Source of the DNA: Candidatus Nomurabacteria bacterium RIFOXYD2_FULL_35_12
GTDB taxonomy: Bacteria; Patescibacteriota; Minisyncoccia; Phycocordibacterales; UBA9973
Assembly (NCBI GenBank): GCA_001786365.1
Contig: MFWK01000022.1
Location: 15,087-79,086, forward strand
Reading direction: 5' to 3'
DNA length: 64,000 bases
In this document: positions 39,752-51,393 of the stretch, one piece after another
Layout: each line of letters begins with the position of its first letter
Numbering within the stretch: the stretch's first letter is position 1
Translations under genes and position numbers: made by a program
Notes under the pieces: generated by a model
Database searches by the model: none
Seen by the model: the letters and a program-made list of their open reading frames with translations, nothing else
Told to the model about the DNA's origin: nothing

Positions 39752-40474
39752 TTATAATTTTTCTGGAATAATCAAAGCTACTGATTCCATCAAAGTTTTA
39801 GCTGAACTTCCCGGCATACGCAAAAACTCGCGAACTTTGAAAATATGCTCAAAAATTCTAGTGTCAAGGGGCATCCTTGACATCTTGCTATGTAAAACGG
39901 ATTCTAGTGTGTTTAAGAGCTTTAGGGCTTTTGAACGATTAGATTCTATACTTATTTCTTCCTCACTTTCCTCTTCTTTCTTTGGTAATAATTCTTTTAT
40001 AAAATCAATCCTTCTTTGCAAAGGCATATTTATAAATTTCTCCCCGACGTTTTCAGTCGGGGCCCCGACCTCTTCGAGCGTCGGGGCTGCCTTTATTAAA
40101 TAAAATCTAGAAACTAAAGTTTTTAAAAGAGTATTAATATCTGGCACCACAAGAAAAAAATGCGTATTTTCTATCGGCTCTTCAAACATTTTCAATAAAA
40201 CATTTTGCGCATCTAAAGAAAAACTATTTACACTAATCACAAATACTTTTTTAAAAGAAGAAAAAGCTTTGTTGGTAGACATTGAGCGTAAATCAAAAGC
40301 CTCATCAATTTTAAAATTATCTATCGAAATATGGCAAAAATCAGGATTGCCAGAAGTTTTTATATCTAAACTTTCACAAAATTCTAAAATCTCAGGCACA
40401 ACTTTTTCCCTATCTCCTTCTATGAGGTATGCATGATGCAAATTATCTTTATTTAAATGCCTAGCTAAGTTCAT
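39752..40474 (-). CDS. holB: DNA polymerase III delta-prime-like protein
   Basis: LHHAYLIEG, NPDF, AQNVLLKMFEEP, LLKTLVSR. Confidence 0.75.
   Translation of the reverse strand: MNLARHLNKDNLHHAYLIEGDREKVVPEILEFCESLDIKTSGNPDFCHISIDNFKIDEAFDLRSMSTNKAFSSFKKVFVISVNSFSLDAQNVLLKMFEEPIENTHFFLVVPDINTLLKTLVSRFYLIKAAPTLEEVGAPTENVGEKFINMPLQRRIDFIKELLPKKEEESEEEISIESNRSKALKLLNTLESVLHSKMSRMPLDTRIFEHIFKVREFLRMPGSSAKTLMESVALIIPEKL
39862..39882. repeat. TGTCAAGG...CCTTGACA hairpin, in frame in holB (MSRMPLDT)
   Basis: tgtcaagg-ggcat-ccttgaca. Confidence 0.6.
40042..40086 (-). mobile_element. Family D double hairpin, in frame in holB (APTLEEVGAPTENVG)
   Basis: ccccgac..gtcgggg-ccccgac..gtcgggg. Confidence 0.85.
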
Positions 40475-40503
40475 AAAGTTATAAAGTTCTTAAGGTTGTA
40501 AAG

Positions 40504-40659
40504 TTTGAAAAATTAAATAGTTCTTAAGAAAAGCCTTGCGCAGGAGCTTAGAAAATAAATGAGGTAATCCGAATATTATTTTCTTGAGCGACGAGCAGTT
40601 CGCTGGCGAAGCTTCGCCAGATAGATTGCTTTTCGAGAGAAGCTATTTAGTTTTTCAAA
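40504..40659 (+). mobile_element. Family H ~156-bp element
   Basis: Core aaagccttgcgcaggagcttagaaaataa...ttgagcgacgagcagttcgctgg...ccagatagattgcttt; long arms. Confidence 0.88.
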
Positions 40660-40662
40660 GAA

Positions 40663-41676
40663 CTACTTTTTGCTTAAAACTGTTTTTTTATACACGTCCA
40701 AATGATCGAGAGCTATACCTGTGCCTTTTACTACACAGAAAAGAGGATCCTCAGCCAAAGCAGCCTTTACTCCAGTCTTTCTATAAACCAAATCAGTGAA
40801 ATTTCGAAGTTGAGAAGAACCTCCAGTCATGATTATTCCTTGATCAATAATATCTGAGGCTAATTCTGGCGGAGTTTCTTGCAATACATCTTTGATAGCT
40901 TGAATTATTTGTTTTAGTTCTCCATCTATCGCTTTGACTATTTCATTTGTTCCCACTCGCGCTGACCTAGGCAAGCCTTGAATAAAATCCCTACCTTTTA
41001 TCGTCACACTGAGCTCTTCTTCTAAAAGCACCGCTGCACCGATTTTAATTTTTACTTCTTCGGCTGTCCTATCACCGATAGCTAAGTTAAAAGTTTTTTT
41101 AATATAATCAGCTATAGCGCCATCTATTTTATTTCCAGCGCACTTTACTGATTTAGAGGCCACAATTCCGCCAAGCGAAATGACTGCTACGTCTGTCGTG
41201 CCCCCACCTATGTCCACAACCATATGCCCTTTCGATTCATAAATTGGAATTCCCGCGCCGATGGCTGCTAAGATAGGCTCTTTGACTACATAAGCATTCT
41301 TTGCACCAGCGCGAATTGCAGCTTCTATGACTGCTCGCCTCTCTGTACTCGTGACTCCTGCAGGAACCGAAACCATCACATCCGGTTTGAAAAAATTAAA
41401 TTTCCCCATCGCTTTATTTATAAAATAACGAAGCATTGCCTCAGTCACACGATAATCTGCTATGACTCCATCTTTCATCGGGCAATAAGTAATGATAGAT
41501 TCTGGGGTCTTTCCAATCATATCTTTGGCTTCAAAACCAATAGCTAGAATTTTATTGTCTTGTTCAGAAACCGCTACAACAGAAGGCTCGTTTAGAATAA
41601 TTCCTTTTCCAGGTAAAAAGACCAAAGTATTGGCTGTTCCTAAATCTATGCCTAGTTTTTTCGTAAAAATACCCAT
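40663..41676 (-). CDS. mreB: Rod shape-determining protein MreB
   Basis: GIDLGTANT, EPSVVA, DGVIAD, VDIGGGTT, TPPELASD. Confidence 0.98.
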   Translation of the reverse strand: MGIFTKKLGIDLGTANTLVFLPGKGIILNEPSVVAVSEQDNKILAIGFEAKDMIGKTPESIITYCPMKDGVIADYRVTEAMLRYFINKAMGKFNFFKPDVMVSVPAGVTSTERRAVIEAAIRAGAKNAYVVKEPILAAIGAGIPIYESKGHMVVDIGGGTTDVAVISLGGIVASKSVKCAGNKIDGAIADYIKKTFNLAIGDRTAEEVKIKIGAAVLLEEELSVTIKGRDFIQGLPRSARVGTNEIVKAIDGELKQIIQAIKDVLQETPPELASDIIDQGIIMTGGSSQLRNFTDLVYRKTGVKAALAEDPLFCVVKGTGIALDHLDVYKKTVLSKK

Positions 41677-41794
41677 CCCGTTTAGAAGCAGGTCGCGGTC
41701 AACAAACCTCGACTTTGCTTAGTTATGTTATTAAATTTTTTATCTTTTATAAACATGATTCTTATATAAAACTGCGACCGTGGCTTCTAACGGG
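41677..41794 (-). mobile_element. Family A element at the mreB start codon
   Basis: ATGGGT-cccgttagaag...cttctaaacggg-ATGGGT on the minus strand. Confidence 0.88.
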
Positions 41795-41836
41795 ACCCAT
41801 GAGCCTATGTTATCATATTTATGTTAAAATCAAAGA

Positions 41837-42172
41837 ATGGATGACGAAGAAAAAAATGATATAGAAAACAATCTCAAAAACCCATTTATAGGATATTTGG
41901 CAAATTTAAAGAAACATAAACAAGCCATAAACCCTGTTCATGAAATTGTAAATTGCTATTATAAAATGAATGGCTGGGAAAAAATGCCAAAAGATTTTTA
42001 TACCGGTAGATATGCTTATAATAAGCTCGCGAAAGAAGCAAAAATGCTCTACCAAGCTTGTAATGAAGTTTTAGATGATGCTATTTGGGCTTTAGACAAA
42101 ATGAAATACCTCGCCGAGAAAGGCAAATTCGACTGGTCTATAATCACCTGTTTGAAACACAAATTAAAATAG
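41837..42172 (+). CDS. Hypothetical protein
   Basis: Clean ORF 7 nt after a TGnTAAAAT promoter. Confidence 0.7.
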   Translation: MDDEEKNDIENNLKNPFIGYLANLKKHKQAINPVHEIVNCYYKMNGWEKMPKDFYTGRYAYNKLAKEAKMLYQACNEVLDDAIWALDKMKYLAEKGKFDWSIITCLKHKLK

Positions 42173-42173
42173 T

Positions 42174-42878
42174 TTAAGAAACAATTACTGTAAATTCCCC
42201 TCTTTGCTTGTCAGGATTTTTATTGAAATATTCTAAAATTTCGTGTGGTAAACCAGTTTTAAATTCTTCATAGATTTTTGTCAATTCGCGAGCTACGCAG
42301 ACTTTTTTATGAGGGCAAAATTCAACAAGCGATGCTAATGTTTTTAAAATTCTGTGAGGAGATTCATAAAATACCATCGTGCGTTCAGAAATTGCTATTT
42401 CTTTAAATAAAGTTTCTCTGCCTTTCTTGTGCGGAAGAAAACCAAGAAAAGTAAATTCATGAATAGGCATTCCTGATGCAGAAAGCGCGGCAATAACGGC
42501 TGAAGCTCCAGGGATTGGAATCACTTGAACTTCTTCATTGGTAAATTTTTCTTTTATTCTAGAAACGAGCATTGAGCCCGGGTCTGATATTGTGGGAGTG
42601 CCAGCATCAGAAACCAATGCAACATTTTTCCCGTCGTATAATAATTTAAAAATTTTATCTAATTTCTCATTCTTTCCGAGTTTATAATCAGCTCCAGCTA
42701 CATCGTCAGACGGATAGCTCATCGTTTCTTTATTTATTTCATATTTATTTAAAATTTTCTTTGTCTCTCGCGTATCTTCACACAATATCAAATCCACGCT
42801 TTTAAGCGTCTCGATAGCTCGGAGTGTGATGTCTCCCATATTTCCTATCGGCGTCGCCACAACATAAAATTTAGACAT
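42174..42878 (-). CDS. rsmI: 16S rRNA C1402 2'-O-methyltransferase
   Basis: VATPIGN, CEDTR, VSDAGTP.ISDPG, YESPHR, RELTK. Confidence 0.96.
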   Translation of the reverse strand: MSKFYVVATPIGNMGDITLRAIETLKSVDLILCEDTRETKKILNKYEINKETMSYPSDDVAGADYKLGKNEKLDKIFKLLYDGKNVALVSDAGTPTISDPGSMLVSRIKEKFTNEEVQVIPIPGASAVIAALSASGMPIHEFTFLGFLPHKKGRETLFKEIAISERTMVFYESPHRILKTLASLVEFCPHKKVCVARELTKIYEEFKTGLPHEILEYFNKNPDKQRGEFTVIVS

Positions 42879-42883
42879 AAATT

Positions 42884-43330
42884 TTATTTCCTATACTTTC
42901 TAGTTCTCCACTTGTCTGCAATCTTAACACGAGTGAGTGAACGTTCGAGTTCAGCTTCAAAATGCTCAAAGTCCACATGGTCTTTGTTTTCCATTTGTTT
43001 TTCCAATTCAATAGCACGAGCTTTTGCTTTTTCTATTTTTTCATCTGAAATTTCAGACACATGTTCGGCAAAGTCCGCCAAAATAGCGACTTCGGTAATT
43101 TTATTTTCACCTTGTTTTATTTCCATAAACCCTCCAGCAACTGCCATCGGAACATGTTCACCATTTACGACAGCCACAATATCTCCAGATGCAAGACCTG
43201 CAATGAGTGGAATATGTTCCGGCAAAATGGTTATCTCACCTTCCGTAGTAGGCAAAGTGACTTGATCTACCATTTCTTCCAGAACTAGTCTTTCTGGGGT
43301 GATTATTTTAAGTTTTAATTGTTTTGACAT
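42884..43330 (-). CDS. atpC: ATP synthase epsilon
   Basis: ITPER, GEITILPEHIP, GGFMEI; operon position. Confidence 0.93.
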   Translation of the reverse strand: MSKQLKLKIITPERLVLEEMVDQVTLPTTEGEITILPEHIPLIAGLASGDIVAVVNGEHVPMAVAGGFMEIKQGENKITEVAILADFAEHVSEISDEKIEKAKARAIELEKQMENKDHVDFEHFEAELERSLTRVKIADKWRTRKYRK

Positions 43331-43340
43331 AAATTTTTGA

Positions 43341-44856
<1,516 letters not shown>

Positions 44857-45861
44857 TTAACTTACACTTGCCATACCCGCACTGATTTCTGATATTTCCC
44901 TAGTAATGTTTCCCTGCCTTGCTTTATTGAACACCAGGGTCAGATCATCTATCATTTCTCCTGAAGCATCAGAAGCATTTTTCATTGCGACCATTCGACT
45001 CGACTGTTCAGAAGCATTTGATTCGAGCAACATTTGATAAATCTGCATCCTTGTAATCTTCTCCGCGAGTGACCCTATCAATGTGTTCATGTCTCCTTCT
45101 ATTAAATAACTTATACTTTTTTCTCTCCCGACGCTTTCGGTCGGGACTCCGACCTCTCCAGGCGTCGGAGCTAAATTGTTTATTAAATCTTGTAATTCTG
45201 TTTTAGATACAGGCAATATTTGTTTTATATTTGGCTTCTGATTTAAAGCGGAAATAAAATCAGTATAAGCTACTAAAACTTTATCGTAATGAAGAAGGAT
45301 ATATTCATCTATGGTAAATTTTGAAATTGGAACAACTTCTGTCAAAGAAATATTATTGCTCAAATCTGCAAAAGTGGCAACGACATTTACTCCGAGTCTG
45401 CGCATCGCCACATCTCCTTTTTTACCGACAGAAACAATATCTACCCCGTTAGAAGCAGGTCGCCCCGAGGTGACCGTAGCACTCTCGTGCTCGAGAGAGC
45501 GGCTTCTAACGGGGTCTAAATTTATGTTTTGACTTTTTAAAAATGAAATCGTTTTTTTAATAACTTGCGCATTATAAGATCCACACAAACCCCTGTTTGA
45601 TGTAATGAGCACAAGCAACACATTTGCTTTTACCCCACCTTTCTTTTCTCTTTCAGTAAAAAGTGGATGGGAATTCTCCTCTATATTTTTAGCTATTGAT
45701 GTAAGAACTTCCCACGAATATCCAGCATAAAGACGTGACGCCAAAGTAGAAGCCACCGCACGCTTCATCTTACTAGCAGCCACGAGCTCCATCGCTTTCG
45801 TGATTTTCTTTGTGTTCTTTACAGACTTTATGCGTCGTTTTATTTCTTTAGTTCCCGCCAT
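44857..45861 (-). CDS. atpG: ATP synthase gamma with two element-derived insertions
   Basis: KITKAMELVAASK, TSNRGLCG, SEQSSRMVAM, ARQGNIT.EI.EI; start at MAGTKE. Confidence 0.96.
   Translation of the reverse strand: MAGTKEIKRRIKSVKNTKKITKAMELVAASKMKRAVASTLASRLYAGYSWEVLTSIAKNIEENSHPLFTEREKKGGVKANVLLVLITSNRGLCGSYNAQVIKKTISFLKSQNINLDPVRSRSLEHESATVTSGRPASNGVDIVSVGKKGDVAMRRLGVNVVATFADLSNNISLTEVVPISKFTIDEYILLHYDKVLVAYTDFISALNQKPNIKQILPVSKTELQDLINNLAPTPGEVGVPTESVGREKSISYLIEGDMNTLIGSLAEKITRMQIYQMLLESNASEQSSRMVAMKNASDASGEMIDDLTLVFNKARQGNITREISEISAGMASVS
45126..45170 (-). mobile_element. Family D element, in frame in atpG (APTPGEVGVPTESVG)
   Basis: tcccgac..gtcggga-ctccgac..gtcggag. Confidence 0.85.
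45445..45513 (-). mobile_element. Family A element, in frame in atpG (PVRSRSLEHESATVTSGRPASNG)
   Basis: cccgttagaag...cttctaacggg, 69 bp, flanked by TTAGAC/GTAGAT. Confidence 0.85.
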
Positions 45862-45876
45862 TTGATATTTCTTTTG

Positions 45877-45910
45877 CCTGTCCCGTACGAAGCTTTGCTT
45901 TCGTTCGGGA
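45877..45910 (-). mobile_element. Family E element between atpA and atpG
   Basis: tcccgaa-cgaaagcaaagcttcg-tacgggacagg. Confidence 0.72.
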
Positions 45911-45922
45911 TACCGGCCATAA

Positions 45923-47425
45923 TTATTTACTAAAACCCATCTTAAAATCACCAATTACTTTTTTTAATTCTACTTCGCCTTTATCTGTCCACATTTTGGA
46001 CTCTTTGATTTCTTTGTAGAAAGTTTTTGCATGACGCTCACTGTATTCTATAAGTCCTTGCTCAAATTCTTTTATTTTATCAATAGAAACATCATCCATA
46101 AGCCCTTTTGTGAGAGCATAAAGTGTAACAATTTGATTTTCAATTTTCATCGGAGAATATTGAAGTTGTTTCAAAACTTCCACAGCTCTTTTACCCCTTT
46201 CAAGTTGTTTCTTTGTAGATTCATCAAGGTCGGAACCGAATTGAGCAAATGCTTCAAGTTCGCGGAATTGCGCAAGGTCAAGCTTTAATGTTCCAGCCAC
46301 TTTTTTCATTCCTTTTATTTGCGCGCTAGAACCGACACGAGAAACAGAAAGACCGACGTTTACAGCCGGACGGATACCTTTATAGAAAAGATCTGTTTCC
46401 AAAAAGATTTGTCCATCGGTAATAGAAATAACGTTTGTCGGAATATAAGCAGACACGTCGCCAGCTTGCGTCTCCACTATCGGAAGCGCAGTGATAGAAC
46501 CACCGCCATATTTTGCATTTCTTCGGCAAGCGCGTTCTAGTAAACGAGAGTGTAAATAGAAAACATCTCCTGGATACGCTTCACGTCCTGGTGGTCGGCG
46601 GAGAAGAAGAGAAATTTCACGATATGCCACAGCATGTTTAGAAAGATCATCATAAATAATTAAAACATCTTTTCCTTGATCCATAAAATATTCCGCAATA
46701 GAAACTCCGGCATAAGGAGCAATATATGACATTGAAGCAGCTTCTGATGCTCCAGCTGAAACTATAACTGTATAATCCATAGCACCACCGGCTTCCAACC
46801 TTGCTCCTAATTTTCGAAGCTTGGAATCCTTTTGACCAATAGAAACATAAACGCAAATCATATTTTGACCCTTTTGATTTAAAATTGCATCGATAGCGAT
46901 AGCTGTCTTTCCTGTTTGTCTATCACCAATGATGAGCTCACGTTGACCACGGCCGATTGGAATAATGGCATCGATAACTTTGATACCGGTAGCAACCGCT
47001 TGGTCCACACTTTGTCTAGTGACAACTCCTGGAGCCACCTTTTCAATTGGATATGTTTTTGAGGCTTTGATTGCTCCTTTTCCATCAATCGGCGCACCAA
47101 TAGCATTTACCACTCTGCCTAAAATACTGTCTCCTACTGGTATTTCCAAAATTTTTCCGGTTGCTTTTACTTCATCTCCTTCTTTAATTTTTGAAAAGTC
47201 TCCTAGAATAATTACTCCGACTGCATCTTCTTCCAAATTGAGCGCCACACCGACTTCACCATTTGGAAAAGTCACCATTTCGGATGATTTGATATCGGAA
47301 AGTCCAGAAACCTTCGCAATACCATCAAAAACCTCTATTACTTGACCTACCTTTTCAACTTTTAATTGAAGTGAAAAATTATCTATCTCCTTTTTTAAAT
47401 TTTCTACTATTGTGTTGCTGTTCAT
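45923..47425 (-). CDS. atpA: ATP synthase alpha
   Basis: [29 protein letters not shown]. Confidence 0.99.
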   Translation of the reverse strand: MNSNTIVENLKKEIDNFSLQLKVEKVGQVIEVFDGIAKVSGLSDIKSSEMVTFPNGEVGVALNLEEDAVGVIILGDFSKIKEGDEVKATGKILEIPVGDSILGRVVNAIGAPIDGKGAIKASKTYPIEKVAPGVVTRQSVDQAVATGIKVIDAIIPIGRGQRELIIGDRQTGKTAIAIDAILNQKGQNMICVYVSIGQKDSKLRKLGARLEAGGAMDYTVIVSAGASEAASMSYIAPYAGVSIAEYFMDQGKDVLIIYDDLSKHAVAYREISLLLRRPPGREAYPGDVFYLHSRLLERACRRNAKYGGGSITALPIVETQAGDVSAYIPTNVISITDGQIFLETDLFYKGIRPAVNVGLSVSRVGSSAQIKGMKKVAGTLKLDLAQFRELEAFAQFGSDLDESTKKQLERGKRAVEVLKQLQYSPMKIENQIVTLYALTKGLMDDVSIDKIKEFEQGLIEYSERHAKTFYKEIKESKMWTDKGEVELKKVIGDFKMGFSK

Positions 47426-47829
47426 ACTTTTATTAAATATTCTTGTAATTTTTCAATTTTATTTTTAATCGATAGGTCAATAACTTCATCATTCACTTCT
47501 ATTTTTAATCCACCTAATAATTTTTTATCTATATATTCCTTGAGAACAACTTCTTTTACTAAATAACGTTTCTTTAAAGTTTGTTCTAGATGTGTTTTAA
47601 CCTGATGACTGAGTGCTTCCACACTTGATATCTTCACTTCTAATCTCCCATCTGCATTGTTTATTATTTTTTTTAATCTAGAAAGTATATCAGGAGCTTT
47701 AGAAAGTAAACGTCTACGAAATAAAAATTTAACAACTTTTTCAGATATATTTTTTTGCTCAGAACTACTCTTATCTTTAAACATAAGGTAGATTGCGCGA
47801 GCTATGTCATTGTTTGATGTTGTTGTCAT
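47422..47829 (-). CDS. atpH: ATP synthase delta
   Basis: LLGGL.I...D.SIK C-terminus; operon position. Confidence 0.85.
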   Translation of the reverse strand: MTTTSNNDIARAIYLMFKDKSSSEQKNISEKVVKFLFRRRLLSKAPDILSRLKKIINNADGRLEVKISSVEALSHQVKTHLEQTLKKRYLVKEVVLKEYIDKKLLGGLKIEVNDEVIDLSIKNKIEKLQEYLIKV

Positions 47830-48290
47830 TATAAATTATTCAAGTCTTTTTTACTCCCAAGTATCTTTTCTGTAGCTTTCATCGCAATATCAACAATTTC
47901 TTTTCTTGCTGATTCGACTATGGCTTTTTTATCAATCTCCATTTGTATAATTCTTTTCTTATTCCATTCATCATTGTCTTTCTTTATCCTCTCGAGATTT
48001 TCTATTTTTAATTTTTCCAAGTCTTTTTGAAGTTCTTTTTGAGCATCTGCAGAAATTTTTCTAAGTTTAATTGTATTTTCCTTATATTCTTCGCCAGCTT
48101 TCTCTAATAATCCGTTGGCTTTTTTTGAATCAATTAAACCTTTCTTTATCTTTTCTGTACGCTCGGCCATCAACTTGCCTAGTGGCTTTAAAGCAAACAT
48201 ATACAAAACAACAAAGACAATAATAAAATTTATCGCTTGAGCGATGATAATTTTCCAGTCTATGTGAAATGTAGAAATAATTGAATCCAT
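47829..48290 (-). CDS. atpF: ATP synthase b subunit
   Basis: AQAINF..., KPL..LM.ER..KI; coiled coil. Confidence 0.9.
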   Translation of the reverse strand: MDSIISTFHIDWKIIIAQAINFIIVFVVLYMFALKPLGKLMAERTEKIKKGLIDSKKANGLLEKAGEEYKENTIKLRKISADAQKELQKDLEKLKIENLERIKKDNDEWNKKRIIQMEIDKKAIVESARKEIVDIAMKATEKILGSKKDLNNL

Positions 48291-48297
48291 TGTTTTT

Positions 48298-48457
48298 ATT
48301 TAAAAAAATTAAAATAGTTCTTTTTAAAAGCCTTGCGCAGGAGCTTAGAAAATAAAAATGGTATTCCATTTATTATTTTCTTGAGCGACGAGCAGTTCGC
48401 TGGCAAAGCTTTGCCAGATAGATTGCTTTTTAAAAGAAGCTATTTTAAATTTTCAAA

Positions 48458-48458
<1 letters not shown>
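48298..48458 (+). mobile_element. Family H element between atpE and atpF
   Basis: Same core as 40504. Confidence 0.88.
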
Positions 48459-48735
<277 letters not shown>

Positions 48736-48771
48736 TTAATAATAATAATTTCGACTAATAATTTATAATAA

Positions 48772-49662
48772 TCACACTGATACTACCACATTTTCTTCAT
48801 GCTTTTCATGCTCATCATGTGCATCATGATCCGTGGCTGAAATTGTAAAATAAACAACCAAAAGCATTGAAAATATGAGAGCTTGAATGACTCCAACCAA
48901 TATTTCTAAAAATACGAATGGAATAGGTAAAATATAAGCAAAAATGGCTGCCATTGACGCCAAAAGGACTTCTCCGGCAAAAACGTTACCAAAAAGTCGG
49001 AACGACAATGATGCTATTTTTGCAAACTCACCGACAAGCTCGAGTAGACCGACAAAGAACGTGATTGGGGCGACAATAATTATCGTTTTGTCTTTTTTTA
49101 TCTTCGTAAATATCTGCCCCAGCGCTTTTAGATTAACATACTTGTTAAAAATTTTCCATATACCGATTGAAAAAATACCGAACAAATTTGCTCCAATAAC
49201 AGCCATGATGGCGAGAGCAATAGTGGTGTTCACATCGGCTGTGCCACCACGAAGAAATGGGATAAAAGCTAAACCGTGTTCACCTTTTTCTAAAAGTCCT
49301 AAACCACCGATCGGTAAAAGCCCTAGCCAATTGTTTATAAGAATAAAAAAGAAAACGGAAATAGCTATTGGAAAAACGATAACTGAGAGTGACCTATTGT
49401 TTGTCACTTGATCACATAGATCAAGCGCGCCTTCTACAACAATTTCAAAAACATTTTGTAAAACATTTGGAACTTCTTTTAATTTTTTTCGTAAAATTAC
49501 AGCAAGAATTATTATTATCAAAACTGCTAACCAGCTCGTGACGAGAGCATTTGTAAAAGTAAAATTATTTGTATGAAAAACAGGTTCTGCAAAAAGAGTA
49601 GTCTCGTAACTAATTTCCCCTCCTGTTTCTGTATTTACGTTTATTTCTTTTGCTTCTATCAT
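48772..49662 (-). CDS. atpB: ATP synthase a subunit
   Basis: NWLGLLP, TADVNTT, SLSFRLFGN..AGE, QA.IF. Confidence 0.96.
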   Translation of the reverse strand: MIEAKEINVNTETGGEISYETTLFAEPVFHTNNFTFTNALVTSWLAVLIIIILAVILRKKLKEVPNVLQNVFEIVVEGALDLCDQVTNNRSLSVIVFPIAISVFFFILINNWLGLLPIGGLGLLEKGEHGLAFIPFLRGGTADVNTTIALAIMAVIGANLFGIFSIGIWKIFNKYVNLKALGQIFTKIKKDKTIIIVAPITFFVGLLELVGEFAKIASLSFRLFGNVFAGEVLLASMAAIFAYILPIPFVFLEILVGVIQALIFSMLLVVYFTISATDHDAHDEHEKHEENVVVSV

Positions 49663-49664
49663 TT

Positions 49665-49931
49665 TTATTTCTTGTCTTTTTTATCTTCTATTTCTAAAGT
49701 TTTCATATATTTAAATACTACTCGCACTATGCCATATGAAGAGATTATGAATCCTAAACCAGTGCATCCTAAAAATATCCAAGGGTCTGTGCCGTAATGA
49801 CTGTCTAATGCTTTACCTATTATGAGCGCCAAAACTATAGGCACTACAACCCAAGTCGAAACCCTGCTGAATACATCAAAAGCAGGCTTCCAATCTATTT
49901 TTTTATTACTTTCATTAGTCACAAAAAACAA
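49665..49931 (-). CDS. AtpZ/AtpI-family protein
   Basis: G..LD..YGT.PW motif, two TM segments; first gene of the atp operon; start uncertain. Confidence 0.75.
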   Translation of the reverse strand: MFFVTNESNKKIDWKPAFDVFSRVSTWVVVPIVLALIIGKALDSHYGTDPWIFLGCTGLGFIISSYGIVRVVFKYMKTLEIEDKKDKK

Positions 49932-49988
49932 AGCCCTTACGGCTTTACCCTAGTATAAGATAAAAATATATTGGATGCAAATGTAAAG

Positions 49989-50138
49989 TTATTTACCCTC
50001 TTCTGGTGGAAAATCTTCTTGGTATCTTTTCAATGCTTCTTTTAATGCTGCTTCTGTATCTCCAAATAAATCTTCTTCCTTAGGAATTTCATCCTGAGGC
50101 TTTTTTTCTCCCATATTTTGTGGTGCACCTTCGTTCAT
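49989..50138 (-). CDS. 49-aa acidic microprotein, not in the ORF track
   Basis: MNEGAPQNMGEKKPQDEIPKEEDLFGDTEAALKEALKRYQEDFPPEEGK; fills the gap exactly. Confidence 0.5.
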   Translation of the reverse strand: MNEGAPQNMGEKKPQDEIPKEEDLFGDTEAALKEALKRYQEDFPPEEGK

Positions 50139-50145
50139 AAAATTT

Positions 50146-50655
50146 CTATTTTTTATCTACAAAACGTCCGCCATTAATTTTTTTGCACTTATCCCAATCA
50201 TAAATTCTTCCATTTAAAGCAATAAAAATACCTTTATCTAAAACATTAAGAGCGCCAATAGCTACACCGATATTAAACTCAGCATCCGATTCTCGAAACC
50301 TCCACGGCTGAGAAGCACCAGTCAAAATTATTACTTTATCTTTTATATCACTCAAAACTTTCGCTGTTTCAACCATTGTATCCGTTCCGTGAGTAATCAA
50401 AATTTTATTTTCTTTAGTTTTCAAACATGCTTTTTTAATTGTTTGTCTATCTCCTTCATTCATATAAAGACTGCTTTTCATTTTAAGACTGTCTTTAGCA
50501 AAAAGAGGTTCTATTTTATAGCCAAAATTTAGCTTGACTTTATCACGATATATTTCATTGATAGCAGGCTCTCCAAAAGAAAAGTTATAGATTCCTTTAG
50601 TTTCTAGATAAATTTTATCTATCGTTCCGCCACAGGTAAAAACTTTTATTTTCAT
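50146..50655 (-). CDS. Single-domain asparaginase-like protein
   Basis: TCGGTIDK, DS, ITHGTDTM, LTGA, AEFN. Confidence 0.88.
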   Translation of the reverse strand: MKIKVFTCGGTIDKIYLETKGIYNFSFGEPAINEIYRDKVKLNFGYKIEPLFAKDSLKMKSSLYMNEGDRQTIKKACLKTKENKILITHGTDTMVETAKVLSDIKDKVIILTGASQPWRFRESDAEFNIGVAIGALNVLDKGIFIALNGRIYDWDKCKKINGGRFVDKK

Positions 50656-50694
50656 AATATCTATTTATACCAGACATAGCTCATAAAATCAATG

Positions 50695-50766
50695 TGAGTG
50701 TGGAAGGAATCGGACCTTCGACCTCTGTCTTATCAGGACAGCGTTCTACCACTGAACTACACACTC
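50695..50766 (-). tRNA. tRNA-Ile(GAT)
   Basis: GAGTGTG/CACACTC; CTGTC-CTGATAA-GACAG; T loop TCCGATT. Confidence 0.92.
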
Positions 50767-50815
50767 AAAAACTGTTTAAAAAACTATAACAGAAAATATT
50801 GAGTAAAGCAAAATT

Positions 50816-50877
50816 CCCCTCACCCCTTGCTTTCCCCTCTCCATTTTAAAAATAAATGGAGAGGGGTTGGGGAGAGG
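50816..50877. repeat. REP-like CCCCTCACCCC/CCCCTCTCC...GGAGAGGGG element
   Basis: cccctctccattt-taaaaat-aaatggagagggg nested in cctcacccc/ggggagagg. Confidence 0.7.
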
Positions 50878-50881
50878 AAAG

Positions 50882-50924
50882 AGATTAAACAAAAAACCAC
50901 CCAAGGTGGTTTTTTGTTTAATCT
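50882..50924 (-). terminator. Intrinsic terminator of the RRM gene
   Basis: 20-bp perfect stem agattaaacaaaaaaccacc-caa-ggtggttttttgtttaatct. Confidence 0.75.
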
Positions 50925-50940
50925 GAAATCTAAATTTAAA

Positions 50941-51261
50941 TTAGTATTCTCGGCGTCCGCCTCCTCCCCCATAACCTCCTCGGTCATTGCCTCCACTTCG
51001 TGGTGGGCGAGCTTCCATTGGGCGAGCTTCGTTGACAGTAAGTTTGCGTCCTTCGAATTCTTGATCGTTGAACATCGAGATAGCTTTTGCAGCTTCATCT
51101 TGAGATGACATTTCTACGAATCCAAAACCTTTTGAACGACCAGACATCTTGTCCATGATAATAACAGCGGAAACAACGTTTCCAGCCTGTGCGAAGAGCT
51201 CTTTTAGGGCACCTTCGACTGTGCTGTAAGGGAGTCCCCCTACATATAGCTTTGTAGCCAT
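50941..51261 (-). CDS. RRM RNA-binding protein with a Gly-rich tail
   Basis: RNP2 LYVGGL, RNP1 KGFGFVEM, LTVNEARP. Confidence 0.95.
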   Translation of the reverse strand: MATKLYVGGLPYSTVEGALKELFAQAGNVVSAVIIMDKMSGRSKGFGFVEMSSQDEAAKAISMFNDQEFEGRKLTVNEARPMEARPPRSGGNDRGGYGGGGGRREY

Positions 51262-51393
51262 TTTCTTTACTTCTCCCGTTTTTAAAAATCGGGCAAAAAC
51301 TACTTAATAAAACGTAGAAACTCTTTTCGCTAAGTGAGAAACTACGATGAAAAGCATAACATATTTAAAATGAAAAGTAAATAAAGAGAATCT

